From Phoronis australis (Eukaryota > Animalia > Phoronida): a stretch of 64,000 nucleotides of DNA. Position 1 is the first letter of the stretch. Every line of letters begins with the position of its first letter. Below the pieces are notes generated by a model, which saw only the letters and a program-made list of their open reading frames with translations, had not been told where the DNA came from and searched no databases. The stretch is from assembly GCA_002633005.1 (NCBI GenBank), contig NMRA01000284.1, forward strand, positions 11,266 to 75,265. The letters run 5' to 3'. Below are positions 61,414-64,000 of the stretch, one piece after another. Made by a program: the position numbers and the translations under genes.

Positions 61414-64000
61414 ATGTTCCTCTATTGCGTCTTCGTTTTTCTTATAGCGCTTGGTGAGGCAACTTTATACGATTCCTGCTCCGGCAGTAGTGCCGATTAT
61501 AAGCCGATTGAAACCATTACGGAACAGTGTTACCAAAGCGCCAACGGAGCACAATGTAAAAATCAATGTGGGAGAATAACTAAAAAGGGAAGGTTCATGT
61601 GGAGTGCTGACTACACGTGCTCATGTGACGACCTGTGCGTCCATTACCACGATTGTTGTCCGGACTATTACGAGCAGTGCGCAAACGGCACCAAATTCAC
61701 TGATGAATACCCAAGTACAACGTGCCTGTTGGCTAGCACTGGGAAATCCAATGAACATTGGAACACTATAGTAGTAAGCGACTGCCCAACAGATTACAAA
61801 GACGAAGAGATAGTAGGTAACTGTCGCAACACCAATGGGTCGCTTTTCACCCGTGTGCCTGTAAGAGACAACATAACCAACATTCAGTATCGTAATCGCT
61901 TCTGTGCCATTTGCAATAATGTTACTCAATACAAATTCTGGAGGTTCGATTTAAGCTGTGAAGCTAACGCGACGGACAAGGTCAGAGGCACGCTAGAGGA
62001 GTTCCTGTCTCGTCTAGACCACCCAAAGTGTAACTTTACATTTTACGATCCAGCGCAACAGTACAGATTTTGTGTCCTTGGTTCCATTACGACCTGCAAA
62101 CGAGGCTGCAAGAACCAGGCATTGATTGAAAAGTGCCACAGAAGCCAGACACTGTTCACCTATAGGGGAAGCAAAACAGCTTTCAAGAACGCGTACTGTG
62201 CCATTTGTCACGGTAACAACGATATAGCAAACGCTGATCTGAAATGTAGCAGTCGTAAGTTTCCGGAGGATGGTCCAGGAATGGTTGCGGGAGATAGTAA
62301 TTTGTGGAAATTTTCATTTTCTCTTCTGCTTGACGTCAACTCGGCTGGAGGAGTCAACGTCGGCCTAAAGAGTTCTCTCACGTCTAACAACGACGCTTCG
62401 GCCGCCGCATGCGCTCCCGGTAATCTTCGCGACTGTGTTTTCAAATCCTGTCAAAAAGGATATGAACTTAAGAATGGAGTGTGCGTTCCAGGATACATAT
62501 TGTCAGATGTACAAGTTGAGATATCTTATATTCCAATCGACGCCCGTTTTACGTTTACGGACGTTTATTTCACTAACTATGTCGAGACTATACTTTATGA
62601 AGAAGGTTTGAATAGAGTATTCAAAATAAACATGCGTCCTGACGTTACTAGGTCCAAATTCAATGAATCCATTGGTAACAACCTTGTTGTTTTGGGGGTA
62701 ACAGTGGTGGCAACATTTTCTCAGAAGCTTTTGGCAAATTGCGATGCTAATGAAGAAGGAAGGCGCATCCAGTCTTCAAAGGAACTTTTAAAGGCAAGTC
62801 TCAAGGCTCTTTTCATCAGAAAGACAATAGGGTGGGTGAAATCGGTCGATATTAACACCAATGAGAGACTGTCTTGTAGTCAGAACGGTACCAATTCTTC
62901 ATGTTACGTCACAGAAGTCTACAACGGTACATTTGAAATTCGCAAAGGGGGTTCCGTGTGGCTGAGCGATCGCAACCAAACTTTGGAACCAGGAGAATAC
63001 AGGTTATTTAACGACACAGTTCTAATATGTGGTGAAAAAGAGAGGAATAAGGAATTTATTCCACAGGTCATGATTTCAAGTGCTCTCGGTATTGTGACCA
63101 TTGTGTGTCTGGTCATTTCAGAGGTGTGTCTTCTGGTCAGATTGGTTCTCCAGTTTTGTGTTCCTTTCTATCGCACGTTTCCAGCTAAACTACAATTTTG
63201 TCTCATTGTGACCCTTTTTGTTGGCGGTCTAGTCTTTTTGCTGCGACCTGTCGTCGCTGAAAGTCATGGGCTTTGCTTCGCTTTTGGCGTCCTAGCTCAT
63301 GCAGCTTATTTATCCGTTTTCGTGTGGATGAATCTTATAGCTATCGACACGTGGAACACGTTCAGTCCCAAAAGTCTTCTGAAAACCAGGTCGACTGGTA
63401 AGCGCTTGTTAGCATTTTGTCTGTGCGGGTGGTTGGTCCCTGCAGTGGTTGTTGCTTTCTCTATTGTCTTAGAATTTCTCGATATCGATGAAGATTTCAA
63501 GCCTCAGTACACACGCAATGGAGTCTGCTGGATCACACGCAAATACGCTCTCCTTGTAATGTTTGCAGCACCTCTCGCTCTCATTGTTTTAACCAATATT
63601 GTGATCTTCATCTTAACTGCTGTCACACTCCACCGGGCCATGAAATTTTCACATTCCACATCCTCTTCCAAGACGACGGAAAAGGACGAATTTGTCATGT
63701 ACGTAAAGCTATTTGTACTCCTCGGTGTAACTTGGGTGTTTGGATTCTTGGCCATGCTGGTTAACCACGAAGCTTTCTGGTACATTTTCATCATCCTGAA
63801 TGCCAGCCAGGGGGCGTTTGTTGTCATAACAACCGTACTTACGAAACGCGTTCGCGCATCCTTCAGACGGCGAGACACACCAGGTAACACCGTTGTAACA
63901 TCTCGTTCGGTGGTTCAAACCAGTGAAAACTGCTCCACTGTATCAAAATTGGCGCAGTCGGCCATTGCGAATAACGGATATGATCATGAAACAAAGACGC
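61414..64000 (+). CDS. Somatomedin-B-domain class B (7tm_2, Methuselah/adhesion-like) GPCR, intronless ORF running off the window
   Basis: ATG at 61414 with signal peptide MFLYCVFVFLIALGEA; SMB motif CKNQC...CSCDDLCVHYHDCCPDYYEQC (61555-61680); YRNRFCAICN and FKNAYCAICH repeats; seven TM helices ~63080-63840 with FVWMNLIAIDTW, GWLVP, CWI, KLFVLLGVTWVFG and LNASQG; open for at least 862 codons; acceptor ttttcag|cag at 61373 implies an upstream non-coding exon. Confidence 0.95.
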   Translation, partial: MFLYCVFVFLIALGEATLYDSCSGSSADYKPIETITEQCYQSANGAQCKNQCGRITKKGRFMWSADYTCSCDDLCVHYHDCCPDYYEQCANGTKFTDEYPSTTCLLASTGKSNEHWNTIVVSDCPTDYKDEEIVGNCRNTNGSLFTRVPVRDNITNIQYRNRFCAICNNVTQYKFWRFDLSCEANATDKVRGTLEEFLSRLDHPKCNFTFYDPAQQYRFCVLGSITTCKRGCKNQALIEKCHRSQTLFTYRGSKTAFKNAYCAICHGNNDIANADLKCSSRKFPEDGPGMVAGDSNLWKFSFSLLLDVNSAGGVNVGLKSSLTSNNDASAAACAPGNLRDCVFKSCQKGYELKNGVCVPGYILSDVQVEISYIPIDARFTFTDVYFTNYVETILYEEGLNRVFKINMRPDVTRSKFNESIGNNLVVLGVTVVATFSQKLLANCDANEEGRRIQSSKELLKASLKALFIRKTIGWVKSVDINTNERLSCSQNGTNSSCYVTEVYNGTFEIRKGGSVWLSDRNQTLEPGEYRLFNDTVLICGEKERNKEFIPQVMISSALGIVTIVCLVISEVCLLVRLVLQFCVPFYRTFPAKLQFCLIVTLFVGGLVFLLRPVVAESHGLCFAFGVLAHAAYLSVFVWMNLIAIDTWNTFSPKSLLKTRSTGKRLLAFCLCGWLVPAVVVAFSIVLEFLDIDEDFKPQYTRNGVCWITRKYALLVMFAAPLALIVLTNIVIFILTAVTLHRAMKFSHSTSSSKTTEKDEFVMYVKLFVLLGVTWVFGFLAMLVNHEAFWYIFIILNASQGAFVVITTVLTKRVRASFRRRDTPGNTVVTSRSVVQTSENCSTVSKLAQSAIANNGYDHETKT

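Noticed and set aside
61621-63918. Several minus-strand ORFs of 64-128 aa
   Set aside because: Antisense shadows of the long + strand GPCR ORF.

Overview
Eukaryotic (animal, probably invertebrate) genomic DNA with spliceosomal introns, many DNA-transposon relics and five single-N gaps (1257, 14516, 18115, 22439, 49249). Supported genes: (1) one protein-tyrosine-phosphatase exon at the left edge, with a probable decayed next exon; (2) a three-exon + strand gene (5595-8229, 235 aa) that the ORF track splits into pieces; (3) a complete four-exon clan-2 cytochrome P450 on the - strand (20987-11947, 498 aa), with two duplications at N gaps that look like uncollapsed haplotypes; (4) an intronless somatomedin-B-domain class-B/Methuselah-like GPCR (61414 to the window end), absent from the ORF track because it has no stop in the window. 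The best candidate for a new system is gene 2. It joins a canonical RHIM amyloid-signalling motif (NNVQIGNYNQI) to a two-hydrophobic-helix body that resembles C19orf12/Drosophila Nazo by eye, and an NF-kB/CRE/AP-1 site cluster lies upstream. The ~40 kb between the P450 and the GPCR holds Kolobok, hAT and HERO-type relics, MITEs, two minimal hammerhead-ribozyme-like motifs and a perfect 66-bp palindrome. All homology calls are manual, from remembered motifs; no database search was run.
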